Assembly (NCBI RefSeq): GCF_006345805.1
Contig: NC_042998.1
Span: 204,910,001 to 204,974,000, forward strand
Direction: 5' to 3'
Source: Octopus sinensis
Lineage: Eukaryota
DNA length: 64,000 nt
Made by a program: the position numbers and the translations under genes. Positions 49,896-62,636 of the stretch are shown in pieces. Position 1 is the first letter of the stretch. Each line of letters opens with the position of its first letter. Below the pieces are notes generated by a model that had not been told where the DNA came from, did not search any database, and saw only the letters and a list, made by a program, of their open reading frames with translations.

Positions 49896-51440
49896 TACGA
49901 AGCTGAGTTAGTCTGTGGTGATATTCCACGAGTTTCAACAAAACAAGTAATGTAAATATCATCAAAGAATTATTTTTAAAAACAGGGGACATTGAGTGTG
50001 TTGAAGTCGCTGTCTTGGGGGGTCCTAATGGGACAGGGCCTAGTTCCAGTACAACAACAGCTTATAAACCTTCACTTCGAGAGTGAATAAAACCGAAAAG
50101 TTGGTGTTTATTTCTGTAATAATAAATCTGATAGTTTAGAAATGGTTTTTCCATACACAGCAAAATCTGTCGGAAAAATAAAAAAAGACGTTGGTTGAAT
50201 TGTGCCATGTTCTTGCTAATTGTTTTGTAATCTTTATAATACAGCCTCAAGCAGACGTAGACCAACCCCCTATCGGTCCTCCCACCCTTGACCCAGCGGA
50301 GCATCCTGAATATAATAGTTGGAGGGAGAGACAGCTAGCTGCAATAGCTGACCAAACTGGAGCAACGTGTCACTTTGTCCAGGAATCGAACCTGTCATAT
50401 ACTAAAGCTGCTGGTTGAGTTAACGACTGGAAATATGCTTCTTGGCTGCATTGAAGAAGTAACCGAATAACACCGGCGAACATTTAACTGAAGAATTTAT
50501 TGTTGCACATAAAAGACTGACCACGTCGGCCTTTTTCAATTAACAAAAGCAATAATTACAAATTGGGGGGGAAGAGAAAAACACGGCGCCGCGTTCGAAG
50601 AAGTTACGAGACATTGTGCCACTGTTTTAGTTCAGTCTCTCCCAGAACCCGGAGTTGTCTGCATAAATGTCTGGAACCATTGTATAGCAAGAATGGTGCC
50701 ACATGTCGCTCAGCTACCTCAGCATTCTGCAAAGAGCGTAAGCGGCAAAAGCACCTTTTTATAAGGTACAAGAAGATTCTAGAAAAGTGTTTCTCAACTA
50801 TTTCTTATGGACTTTCCTGATTCCCATTTTACTCTAATGAACGCTCATAGTCATTCGAAGTTTTTAAAAAATCTATTATATTTTTATAATTGAATAGTTT
50901 TAGGAATTGTATTAAAAAATTGTGAAAATATTCTGTTCATTGAAAAAGTAGAACCAGTTTATTGCACGTAAATTTTAACAAGAAAATCCTATGTAGACCC
51001 TCAAGGCCCATATGGACCCCAGTTCAGAATCATTGTTCTAAAGTACTGAATCATGCGACGGCTTCGCACTGATTGGCTGCTCAATAAACCGATCACGTGA
51101 AACTATTGTGGTTCGGTCGTGATGTCTGACCGGTTACCTTGCGGTTAGGTTTCGAGTCACCGCTACAAACCCCTGACATTAGGGTCGTAAGTCCAACACT
51201 CTTGACCACTTTACCACGCGCCTCCAACATCTGTATGGTCGGTAAATCGCTCTGGGTACGCTAAGAACTTATGGTCTGTCATCGCATTACAACATAGGTC
51301 TCACACTTTCTCCTTGTTTAAACTCTTCTCTTACACTTTTTCTCTTCGTCAGTCCTCCCAGCAGTCAACAGAAGAGGAACTTCCTACAAACTGGATAGCA
51401 GAACAACAAACGGCCTGGACGACACAGGCTTCCTTTCCCG

Positions 51441-51810
51441 GCTCGAGGCCAGCGGGACAGGACAGAGGGGACGGTAAGAGACCTGACGGTATGACAATTT
51501 TTCCGTTCCGTGGTGGTGGGCTCCTCATGTGGAATGTCACATGCTGTGGCACGTTCTCCAGCGGCAACGTGGTGTGTTCAGCTACCAGCCCAGGCTCCGC
51601 TGCCCGTCAGGTCGGGAAGGGCAAACTGTCAAACTATCAGTCGCTCTCAGGCAGGTTTGTGTTCGATTCTGTGGCAGTGGAGACCTCGGGTGTTCTCGGC
51701 CCCCGGACCACATCCCTACTCACCGCTATTGGATGGGACGAGATGGTTATCCGAAAGTGCGCGACCTTTGAGTCACAATGGCTGTTCCAACGTATCTGGC
51801 CATGAGGCGG
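51441..51810 (+). pseudogene. RLE (PD-D/ExK) endonuclease fragment of a CRE-type non-LTR retrotransposon
   Basis: RGDGKRPDGMTIFPF..G..LMWNVTC..TF...AAR...KLSNY..L...F.F..VAVETSGVLG...WLFQR. Confidence 0.8.
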
Positions 51811-51988
51811 ACTGACAAGCCTTTTTAGGGATTTCGTTGCTGTGAGGAAGAGGAAAACGAAAGGAGGATTTCAAGCAGGACATTGTGACCCCCCTCGGGT
51901 ATATCTTAGAAAACATAAAACAATAAAAACAAAGACAAACTTCGTTTAAAGTAAACTGTTTTCCAGAACATTCCAGGTCAGAATAAAA

Positions 51989-52020
<32 letters not shown>

Positions 52021-52365
52021 TTATGCCTATATGGAAAAGGTCTGTTTATATATGCGTGTATCTATGTAAGCGTGCTTTTTACATGTGTACATGTGTGCGT
52101 GTGTTTTCGTGTGTTTTCGTGTGTTTACGTGTGTGTGTGTGTGTTGTGTGTGTGTGTGTAAGCGAATATCGACGGTAACACCCAAATCTCCAACCCCTTT
52201 CTTCTCCTAAGAAGTTGTAAGAATAATAAGTTTGCATCTGAATGAGAAGAAGAAAAATATTATCAATTGTTTGTTGGTTGAAATGGCCGTTTATTATATC
52301 GCTATTATTTACCTTTGACGGACATTTGTCCTCATCTTGTTTGTTGTTGACACAACGTTCCAGCC

Positions 52366-52575
52366 CCCATCAAGGAGTTTTGTTGGTCTCTCACTCAACT
52401 GCACCCAACACATAATAATAATAATCAAGGGGTTGCAGTCTGGGGAGTTAGGTGGCCAGATGTTAGGGGTGATGTGGTTGCAGAAAGTGCCTGACAGACA
52501 TGACTGGGTTCTCCTCCTTGTGTGGCATGGGGCAGAGTCCTGTTGCTAGACATAGGGTCTCCCTAGCAGCCACCC
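52366..52575 (-). mobile_element. maT/Tc1-mariner transposase C-terminal fragment, inverted copy
   Basis: Minus strand PYV.QQDSAPCH...HITPNIWPPNSPDCNPLDYY. Confidence 0.8.
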
Positions 52576-52639
52576 CTTTTTATCACTCTCGGTACATGTC
52601 CTCAGATTGCTCTATCCTCAGACTGACACCCAAACACTC

Positions 52640-53041
52640 TGAAATGTTCGTCATGGCTGTCAGACAATTTCTGTGACCACATCACCCCTAACATCTGGCC
52701 ACCTAACTCCCCAGACTGAAACCCTTGATTATTATGCGTGGGGCTCAGTTGAGGGAGAAACCAACAAAACTCCTTGGTAACACCAAAGATGAACTGAAGG
52801 CAAGGATTATGGCAGCATTCACCAACTTAAACAAGGAGACCGTTTAGAAGAGTTGCAGGAGATTCCGAAGTCGTCTGGAGACCATGGGTGAAGCCAATGG
52901 CGATTTTATTGAATAAATTTTCTCTTAAGTATTTCAAGATATTTTTATGTAATTTTGGTAAATATATCTGTTAAAATGAGATGTGAGTGTTATTTTCCAT
53001 TTTTGTGTAATTTAGACGACAGTTTATTCGCCGAGCCCTAT
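52640..53041 (+). mobile_element. maT/Tc1-mariner 3' end
   Basis: WPPNSPD.NPLDYYAWG.VE.ETNKTP...ELKARIMAAF...CRRFRSRLE...ANGDFIE stop, then a TIR-like end. Confidence 0.8.
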
Positions 53042-53887
53042 TCAGGCGAGGTAGATATCCATCTATATTGCAGACGTGTTTGTGAAGCGAGCCATGTAAT
53101 TGCGTATCCTGTCCCCAGATACAAAGTAATAACTGTAATACGTCCATGGTACCTCCAACCGTTGTTATTCACTTCATCGCTCATTTCAGACACAATCACA
53201 CACACACACACACACAAACATACTCTCTTTCTCTCTCTCTCTCTCTCTCTGACCTTCAAAGAGTTTCCTGTTCGCCTCTACACAATGCTAACTTTGTGGC
53301 CATTTTTAGATTTACTAACTTGAAACTATATTAGAAGGCCTTTAGTGAATAGAGTTTGTTGTGCAAATGGTGGTGGTGGTGGTGGTGGTGGTGAGGTAGT
53401 GGCGTGGTGATGGTGGTGGGAATTGTGGTGGCGGCGATGCTGGTATTGATAATGGTAATCATGGTGGTGGTAGTGATGCTGATGGAGATAGTGGAAGCAA
53501 TCTTTGGTCTGTATGTGTGTGTGTGTGTGTGTGCGTGCGTGTGCGTGCGTGTGTGTGTGTGCGTGTGTGTGCGTGCGCGTGTGTGTGCGTGCGCGTGTGT
53601 GTATGCGTGTGTGTGTGTGTGTGCGTGTGTGTGTGCGTGTGTGTGTGCGTGTGTGTGTGTGCGTGCGTGTGTGTGTGTGTGTGTGTGTGCGTGTGTGTTC
53701 CGAGGTAGTGTTTATTTCTACGCCGATGGTCATTGAAAATGAGAAATAATCACGGAACCAAGATATGATGTAATTAGACAGACCCGTGTGTGTTTAGAGT
53801 TGGAGGGGGTGAGGTGAGAAACTTCAACAGCCAACATGGCGTCCGTAAACTTAATTCGACAAGAAAATTTTAATCAGTAGAAATATA

Positions 53888-54268
53888 GGCGCAGGAGTGG
53901 CTGTGTGGTAAGTAGGTTGCTTACCAACCACATGCTTCCGGGTTCAGTCCCACTACGTGTCTTCGGGCCGACCAAAGCCTTGTGAGTGGATTCGGTAGAC
54001 GGAAACTGAAAGAAGCCTGTCGTATGTGTGTGTTGTGTGTGTGTGGTGTGCTTGCGTGTCTGTTGTTTGTCCCCTCCCCCCAACATCGCTTGACAAGCGA
54101 TGCTGGTGTGCTTACCTCCCCGTAACTTAGCAGTTCAGCAAAAGAGACCGATAGAATAAGCACTAGGCTTACAAAGAATAAGTCCTGGGGTTGATTTGCT
54201 CGACTAAAGGCGGTGCTCCAGCATGGCCACAGTCAAATGACCGAAACAAGAGTAAAGAGTAAAAGAAT
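53888..54268 (+). mobile_element. S1 SINE copy followed by a second truncated head
   Basis: Colinear with 39141-39537. Confidence 0.85.
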
Positions 54269-54645
54269 ATACAATGGGCGTAGGAATGGCTGTGTGGTAA
54301 GTAGCTTGCTTACGAACCACATGGTCCATAACTGTTGAATAGACATTTGGAATACTTCTGAAATTAATGTTGACTGTTGCGCAATTCATAAAAAAAACAT
54401 TCACACACACGCACAGACCTCATTTATTTAAACGTTAAAAATAACATCAGTGAATAGTAAATAATTGTCTTTTTCCGCTTGTGTCTTTAATGTTGAAATC
54501 TTGTTAACCCGGCTTACGTCATCCGACCTCTCTGCACAAACCTGACAGAAACCCGCCTTTCTCTAACCGGCAACAATTACATGATCGCTGGTGGAGGGCA
54601 CTTCACTATTAATAACAACAAAAACAACAATGGGAACGACAGCAA

Positions 54646-54684
<39 letters not shown>

Positions 54685-54685
54685 G

Positions 54686-55081
54686 ATTTCTACTGGAAGC
54701 ACAAGGCCTCAAATTTGGGGGAAAGGATTAAGTCGAGAACATCGACTCTAGTGCATAATTAGTACTTACTTAATCGACCCCGAAAGGATGAAAGGCAAGA
54801 TCGACTTTGGCGGTACTTGAACTCAGAGCGTAGCGGCAGACGAAATACCTATTTCTTTACTGCCCACAAGGGGCTACACACAGAGGGGCATACAAGGACA
54901 GACAGGCGGATTAAGTCGATTACATCGACCCCAGTGCGTAACTGGTACTTAATTTATCGACCCCGAAAGGATGAAAGGCAAAGTCGACCTGGGCGGAATT
55001 TGAACTCAGAACGTAACGGCAGACGTAACACGGCTAAGTATTTCGCCCGGCGTCCTCACGTTTCTGCCAGCTCGTCGCCTT
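54686..55081 (-). mobile_element. S2 SINE dimer
   Basis: Same dimer junction as 2696 and 38714. Confidence 0.85.
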
Positions 55082-55416
55082 AACAACAACAGCAGCAACA
55101 CCAGCAACAACAATTGTTGATGACGTGAGAGATATGGTGGTGGCGACGAAGATGGAGGTCGGTGCAATGTGGTCAGTATTTAGACCTTAGAAGGTCTGAA
55201 ACCAACAAATACTGGTAGAATATGTCACATCGAACAGGGTTTACTCTTAACGTTTTGGACAAAATTTTGTATTTTGGAAGCGGTATTTCGTCTGTCTTTG
55301 CGTTCTAAGTTCAAATTCCGCCAAGGTCGACTTTGCCTTTCATCCATTTCGAATCTATTCAATTAGACGTACAGATTATTTAATTAATTTTTTTAACTAA
55401 ACACTTTCAAACCTTA

Positions 55417-55872
55417 CTTCCCTGGGCATGGATACATTGAAACTCCGACGTCTGGCAGCTGACTTGGCAGACACCCATAAAATTATTAACCATCTTACAA
55501 ACAATAACTCAGCACCTTTTCAAACTCCACCTGTCTAATACCCGTGGACATGTTTACAAAGTCAGAAAACAGCACAGCTCCCATGACTTTAGGAAACATT
55601 TTTTCACGCTGAGAGTTGCTGAAGCATGGAACAAACTGCCGGCATCGTTGTTAGTTGTCGGAGCACTGCATCCTTCAAAACTTCCATGCTTCCTGAGATT
55701 CGCCAACACTACACCTGATTTTCTCCCCTCCATACACACACAAGCATGTATCTGACTCATACACTGTTCGCTTTTCAGACATTTGTACATTACTGCATAT
55801 ACTTTATATGCACTTTTTGACAAGTTGTGGTGCACCTGAGCACTGATATAATAATTTCATTATATTATATTA
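55417..55872 (+). mobile_element. CR1-type LINE 3' end
   Basis: LGMDTLKLRRLAADL...NTRGHVYKVRK...RKHFFTLRVAEAWNKLP..., then 3' UTR and AT-rich tail. Confidence 0.85.
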
Positions 55873-56793
55873 AACTTCCGATACTGGTAGAATGTTTTGG
55901 ACAAAATTTTGTATTCTAGAAGTTATTTCGTCAGAAGTTACAGAGTGACAATGGATAAATTCGTGTTTGATAAATGCCAATGCACGAAACTCTCAGCTTT
56001 TGACTTACTCTCTAACTTCTGCCGATGATATATATGCATATTATACATATATGTGTAAAAAAAAGTCTCATCAAGCAATCGAACCAATGAAAGAGCCTCT
56101 ATCTGGTCGCTTGACACGCTAAAAATTGCAGCCAAAGTATTCCCCTACCTAAATAACACGCCCATTGTATGTAATGTCCTAGATTATTCTTAAAAACCAG
56201 TTTGCTGAAGGCTGGAATGTCTTTGATGATAGGCTTGCAATGTCAGGGTTGATTTGAGGCTAAATAACAAAATTATGGTAAATTTCTATATTTACACCCG
56301 CACGATTTTCACTAAGCAAAAAAACTGGATTTTTTTGCGTGGAATCAAGTACCCTGACCTCCTAATATGCTGCAAATCCCTTATTTTTGTTTGGATAAAA
56401 GGAGGGTGGGGACTCCCTCACTCCCAGAATCATTGGAAATTTTTTTCATTGAATGAATTCCTGTGACCTCCTAATGTTGCAAAATTAGGTTACTTAAGGT
56501 GAGCTTGGTAATTGATGGTTTTGGAGTCTTGTTTGTAACTTTTGGTGAGCCATGGTACAACCAACAACATGGTAAAAATCCCTGCCATTAATTTGGTATG
56601 GATGGGTAATATCAAATAATTCAATCACAACATATATTTCAATTAAACATGAAAAAAATTGAAATATTATCATGACTTACATGGAAAAATTGAAATATTA
56701 TCTTTCAGTATTTTATAAGGTAAAATCTTAAATTATTAATTGACACATTATTAATTATCTTATAACAGCAGTGTCTGGAAAAATCATGAATTA

Positions 56794-57307
56794 CATGGAA
56801 AAATGCGAGCATGAAAAGTAATATTCTTAAGATTATAAACCTGGAAAAGTACACGATAAGTTATTACACCTGTAAAAAAAAGTATAGGACAAACTATTAC
56901 TTCTAGTAAAGTAAAGAATAAACTTTTTACTTAAAATATTGCAGCTAAAATTAAAATTTGAATATTAAAACTTATTTTATAATAGTTTACAAATAACACT
57001 ATACTTATTTAAGTAGAATTTGGCTAATTTGCTACCTTAAATACAGAAAAAAGTGACTAATTAGACAAACTTACAAATTAGCTGAACAGTTTTATACAAA
57101 AAATTTTAAAGATGAGAACTGTAAAGAGTAATAAATTAGAAGAAATGGCATTCTTTGCTGCAATATTTTAAGTAAAAAGTTTCTTATTCTTTACTTTACT
57201 TGAAGTAATAGCTCGTCCTATACTTTTACAGGTGTAATAACTTGTCCTGTACTTTTCCAGGTTTATAATCTTAAGAATATGACTTTTCATGCTCGCATTT
57301 TCCCACG
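56794..57307. mobile_element. TA-flanked MITE with about 150-bp TIRs (Tc1/mariner-type)
   Basis: Arms 56794-56945 and 57158-57307; TA at 56792-56793 and 57308-57309. Confidence 0.75.
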
Positions 57308-57719
57308 TAATATTTAATAGAGGGGGGAAGTTCACTCGAGTTCGCTACAACTTAAACATACAACGAGATTAAAGAACTCACCAGCGATTCTAGGGATGTC
57401 CTGTCGATGATAATAATAATTTCAAAATTTGGCAAATGGCAGCAATTTTAAAGGGAGTTGAGGCTTGGTTTTTCGATTCTATCGACCCCGCTGCTTAACT
57501 TGTTACTTATTCCATCGATCCCGAAAGAATGAAAAATAAGTTGACCTCGGAGGCTTTTGAACTCAGAAAACAAAGAGCCGTATCCAACACCGCAAAGCAT
57601 TTAGCCAAACGCTCTGACCATTCTACCAATTTAGCGTCGCCCGACAACAACTACTACTAATACTACTACCACTAATACTACAACAGCAACAGACATACGA
57701 AACACAAACAGCATTGGAC

Positions 57720-58535
57720 AAAAAAAAAACACAGGGCATTTATTGTACACAACAGACGAAACCCTAAAATAACACCACAAACAACAAACAAATCAAGTAT
57801 ACAAACCTATATTCGCAAAAGCCAATAAGGCACGCAAGGGAGACGGAGGTGGAGCTGGTGGTGCTGTTGTTGTCAAACAACAAGACGGGTAAGGGGGATT
57901 AGGTGATGGTCTAGGGCTTAGGGGCGGGAGACCCCAGACCTTGGAAAAAAAAACTTTGGTCGTCTTGTTGTAGTCGAGAGCTCTTCGTTGACGCCCGACA
58001 CCACTGGGAGGTGGCCCTCGAAGTCGCTGGAAATGGAAATCTCCAGGTCCAAATTCTTGGACGGCAGCTGGTGGTGCTGGAAGAACTTGCAAACCGCAAA
58101 GTCTGGTAGACTTATTGTAAGGTAAACTATATTAACGGTAAGACTTAATTAACTATTAGGTACCCTATATAGTCTGGTAGACATGCCTTATCTGGAGTCA
58201 ATCAGCGGACCTTGGATGTTAGGCTAGCAACAACGAGCAGAAGCAGGCATCTGCAAAAGGCATTTCCTTTGCAAGAAATCTCAAAAAAAAAGAAAAAGAA
58301 AAACTACCTCAGTTGTAAAGAATTAAAGCTGACCAAACAAATTCCTCATGGTGCTATCAACAGTCGGAGCGGATCAGATATTTTTCCAAGATTAGCCATC
58401 ACATCCATCTGTTGATCCGACTGAGGACGGACACCACGTCTTCTGCGCCTTCACTTTCGGTCGAGTGCACCGACTTCATTCTCTCGAATCTAAGACTTTC
58501 AGGAATGACTCGTTAAGCTGCCGTTAACCTAATCC
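57720..58535 (-). other. Candidate 3'-terminal exon(s) of a Pol II transcript, product unknown
   Basis: (CTT)n tract plus aacag acceptor at 58536; unique GC-richer sequence; AATAAA at 57744-57739 with upstream TGTA and a downstream GT/T-rich tract. Confidence 0.4.
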
Positions 58536-58691
58536 CTGTTTCGATAGAAGAAGAAGAAGAAGAAGAAGAAGAAGAAGAAGAAGAAGAAGAAGAAGAAGAA
58601 GAAGAAGAAGAAAGGTGCAAGAAGAATTGAGGGGAGGTTGAAAGTAGTATTAGGAGAGGGTGGAAAATCTGGAGAAATCTGGGTGAGAAAG

Positions 58692-58732
<41 letters not shown>

Positions 58733-59131
58733 GGTGGATACAGGTAACGAGGTAAATATGTCAATAAACAAGAGGAGGGGAAGGTGTTTGTTTTTTGTAG
58801 TCAGCAGGAGGAGGAGGATGGCGTTATCAGTGTTAGGAGAGAGATAGGGGGAAAAGAGAAAGAAAGAGAAAGAACAGAGATGAGATCGTAAATAATGATA
58901 AAAAGATGAATCTCAAGATAGGCAAAAGTGGAGAAGATACAAGAGACAGGGTGGATGGGGTGGATGGGTGGCGGGGGTGGGGGAGTAGATGAAATGACGT
59001 CTTGAAGATAAACAAGATAATCCAGGAGATAAGACAGAGTTTATAGATTTAAGACACGGTGGTGGTGGGGGGGCGGATTAAAAAGTTTGGGTTTATTAGT
59101 TTAAGGCAGTTGGATTAAAAGCTTCTTGTCG

Positions 59132-59319
59132 TTTATTTGTTTCAGTCTTTTGACTGTGGCCATGCTGGAGCAACGCCTTGAACAATTTCTAGTTGGATGA
59201 ATCGACCCCAGGACTTATTTGTCTTTTCTGAAGCCTGATAGCTATTCTATCGTTCTCTTTTTCCGAACCGTTAAGTTATGTAAACAAACCAACACAAGAG
59301 ATAGTGGGTAACAAAGACA

Positions 59320-59361
<42 letters not shown>

Positions 59362-59530
59362 ACACACAGATATGCCGGGCTTCTTTCAGTTTCCGTCTAC
59401 CAAATCCACTTACAAGGCTTTGGTCAGCCCGAGGTTATAATAGAAGCCACTTGCTCAAGGTGCCATGCTGTGGGACTGAACCCAGAACCGTATGGTTGGG
59501 AAGAAAACTTCTTACTACACAGCCACGCCC
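59132..59530 (-). mobile_element. S1 SINE copy
   Basis: Colinear with S1 in reverse orientation. Confidence 0.8.
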
Positions 59531-59679
59531 AAGTCTTAAAATATTTAAGTCAGATGGGATTTAAAAATCCATATTTACATTTTGAATGTAAGAGGGTTTT
59601 TTTTTAAAGTTAGCCTCCGTTGTTGGTTTGTTTCCTTTCTCCTTTTTTTTTTTGCTGTAGTTTCAACAAAAAATCTCTG

Positions 59680-59744
<65 letters not shown>

Positions 59745-60784
59745 TGCAGAAAGTATTTCGCTTGACCCATCAGAATTCTTTTGCATCCATTGATGTTGTC
59801 GTTCAGAAAAGTTGCAATGACGAAACAAACCGTTTCTCACATTCTTCCATGTTTCTGTTTAAACAATGGAACTGGAAAATATTCCAGTTGCTGAAAGACA
59901 CTCCTCACGATACAATGGTGGCTTGTTAGTCATTTATGGCCGGAAGTAGTTATGCAAACAACAGACAAATTAAAGAATTGGATATATAAAAATATAAACA
60001 AAAAAAAGGACAAAACAGTCAACAAATATTAGAGAAACCGGTTTAGGATTAAACAAATTTATTCTGGTGGCAAAGTTTGAGTTGCCAAATGAATTCCAAT
60101 GGTTTAGGAGGCGGTCGAAAAAGCCAACTACTATATATGGATGAAGCGGGAAAATCAAAAATGGCTTGAAAGTCATAACATGCCGGCGGGAAATAACATC
60201 ACTAGGTGAGACAAGCTGACACTGAATTAGCTTCGCTGACTGACAGGTGACGGTCGTTTAGAGAATGCGTGGGCTGAGACTACGCGCCTTCATTGGTCAA
60301 CTTGCTGGGGCTGCCTGCTGGAGCCTAGCAGCAGGTATTTAAAGGGAAAAAATTTGACAAGACAGTCAGTCGCCGGCTGACACTCGTTGACACTACACCG
60401 AGGAGGCCAGAGAACAGAAGAAAGAAGAAGACATGCACCCAACACCAGAGCTGAAGAAACCTCCGAAATGTGTGTATGTGTGTGCTTGGGGGGGGGGGGG
60501 TCGTCACATCAAAATGGTAGAGGAGTAGGGGCCGAAACCGGACGTGGTTCCTCCTGATGATGTCTTGAGCGAACTGGATCCCATAAAGGAGCTGTTGTAG
60601 TGGCAGACCACGAAACACAATTGTAATTCCCCTGGAATAAATATTTGCTGAAGAAATAAGTTTGCCCTTAACGGACGTTTTTGATGGATTTTGATGTCTT
60701 TGGTGCTTTTATCTTCAAGTCTTCAGACTTGAGGAAGGAAGATTTCTTCCTTTTTCTCTAATTCCAATGAAATATCTTTTAACT

Positions 60785-61152
60785 TTTCCTTATTTCAGTC
60801 ATTAGGCTGTGGCCATGCTGGGGCAATATCTTGAATAACTTTTAGTTGAATGAATTGACCCCAGAACTAATTTTTTTTAAAGCTGATACTTATTCTATCA
60901 GTCTCTTTTGCCAAACCCCTAAGTCATAGTGATCTAAACATTCCAATACTGGTTGTCGAGTTGTGGTGGGGGACAAACAGACACACACACAACGGGCTTC
61001 TTTCAGTTTCCGTCTACGAAATCCACTCACAAGGCTTTGGTCGGCCCAAAGCTATAGCAAAAGACATTTACACAAGGTGCCACGCAGTGGGACTGAACCT
61101 GGAACCATGCGATTGGAAAGCAAACTTCTTACCACACAGCCATGTCTGCGCC
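60785..61152 (-). mobile_element. S1 SINE copy
   Basis: Colinear with S1 in reverse orientation. Confidence 0.8.
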
Positions 61153-61538
61153 TTGTTTCACCAATTTTACAATAAAATCTATAAAGCTGGCAGCTTCTGT
61201 GTTTGGTCGTAGAGACACTCCTTCCCTGGCCACCCCACCCCTAATCATCCAGCCCCCTCATTGAGTGCTGGTGCACTAACGAACCGCATGCAAGCCACAC
61301 AATCTCCTTTCTTCTTTGCTTTATACGACCAATTTAGAAGCAATCCTAATTGACCTCGTCGTGAAAGTATCTCCTGACAACCGAAGCACTCCTCCCCCCC
61401 CCCATCCCCGCCTCCACACCCAGCATCCTGCAGCGAGTTCTTCAACAAACAACTCTCCTGCCATCAGATAATATTTGGCTTTTTAATCGAGCAATCTGTG
61501 AGAGTCGAGCGTACCTGGAAGGTAAGATATCAACAGCA

Positions 61539-61582
61539 ATGACAATGATGATGATGGTGATGGTGGTGGAATGATGATGATG

Positions 61583-61626
<44 letters not shown>

Positions 61627-61687
61627 GGTAATAACAAGAATGATGATGATGATGATGATGTTGATGACGATGATGATGATGATGATG

Positions 61688-61742
<55 letters not shown>

Positions 61743-61765
61743 TGGTAGTGGTGGTAGTGGTGGTG
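61539..61765. repeat. Compound (GAT)n/(GGT)n/(AGT)n triplet array
   Basis: Direct reading. Confidence 0.9.
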
Positions 61766-62266
61766 TTAGAACCCAAAGAGATAAGATAAAAATATGTTTT
61801 TTCGTTTCAAAAAAATCTAAGAACTTCTTTTAATGTTGCTAAAAGCATCTCTCTCTTATCTTTGGTTCGACGTTTTGTGCCAAACGGATGCCACCAGCTC
61901 ACCAGATAATGGTTTATTTCAAACAGAGATAATTCTAGGTGTTGAAACCCAATGATAAGAAATGCAACCGATTCTTGTCAACGGAACATTTTATTTAATT
62001 ATCGTTGGATGATGAGATCTATTGGTTTTGTTAGGTTTTTTTTATTTTCCAACCAAGAATAAAATCAAAAACTTTACCAAGAATATGAAACCAGGATGGG
62101 TGACTCTCAGAATTTGTCAAAGACTCTGGAGATAAATCTGTGAGTCATGTTTGTTTGGTCTAAGAATTGTGTCTTTTAAACAGAAACAATTTGGTCAAAG
62201 AGTTGCCAAAGTTTGTTCAAGTATTGACAGTATTCCTTGTGGTATTTGTTCATGTTCTGAGTTTAA

Positions 62267-62494
62267 CCCTTTCGTTACCATATTTCTGTTGAGATGTTCT
62301 GTGTTTCTTTCAATTAATTTTAAATATAACAAAGAATTTAGTAAAATAATTTAGTTATTATCATTAAGCTATCGTTAGGAACATAAATTGTGACTAAGGT
62401 TTGGTGGAAGATTTTAATTCAAAACTTATGAAAAGGAGACAGTTGTAGCCAGAGCCGGTTTCAGCTGGTTTCAGCCGGGTTGGTAACGAAAGGG
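62267..62494. mobile_element. piggyBac-type MITE (228 bp)
   Basis: TTAA TSD at 62263-62266 and 62495-62498; 14-bp TIR CCCTTTCGTTACCA. Confidence 0.9.
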
Positions 62495-62569
62495 TTAAAT
62501 CCCTCTCAGGTTAGTTTTGCCTTTCATCCTCCCAGAATCAATAAATAAAATACCATTCCAATACTTGGG

Positions 62570-62636
<67 letters not shown>

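Noticed and set aside
58211-58250. Signal-peptide-like micro-exon CLLLLVVASLTSK
   Set aside because: It would need a 57-nt upstream intron, has no in-frame start, and its phase does not fit the GC3-biased downstream frame.
60550-60632. CTGATGA...GAAAC in the three-copy repeat as a hammerhead
   Set aside because: Stem I cannot be formed consistently in type I, II or III topology across the three copies.
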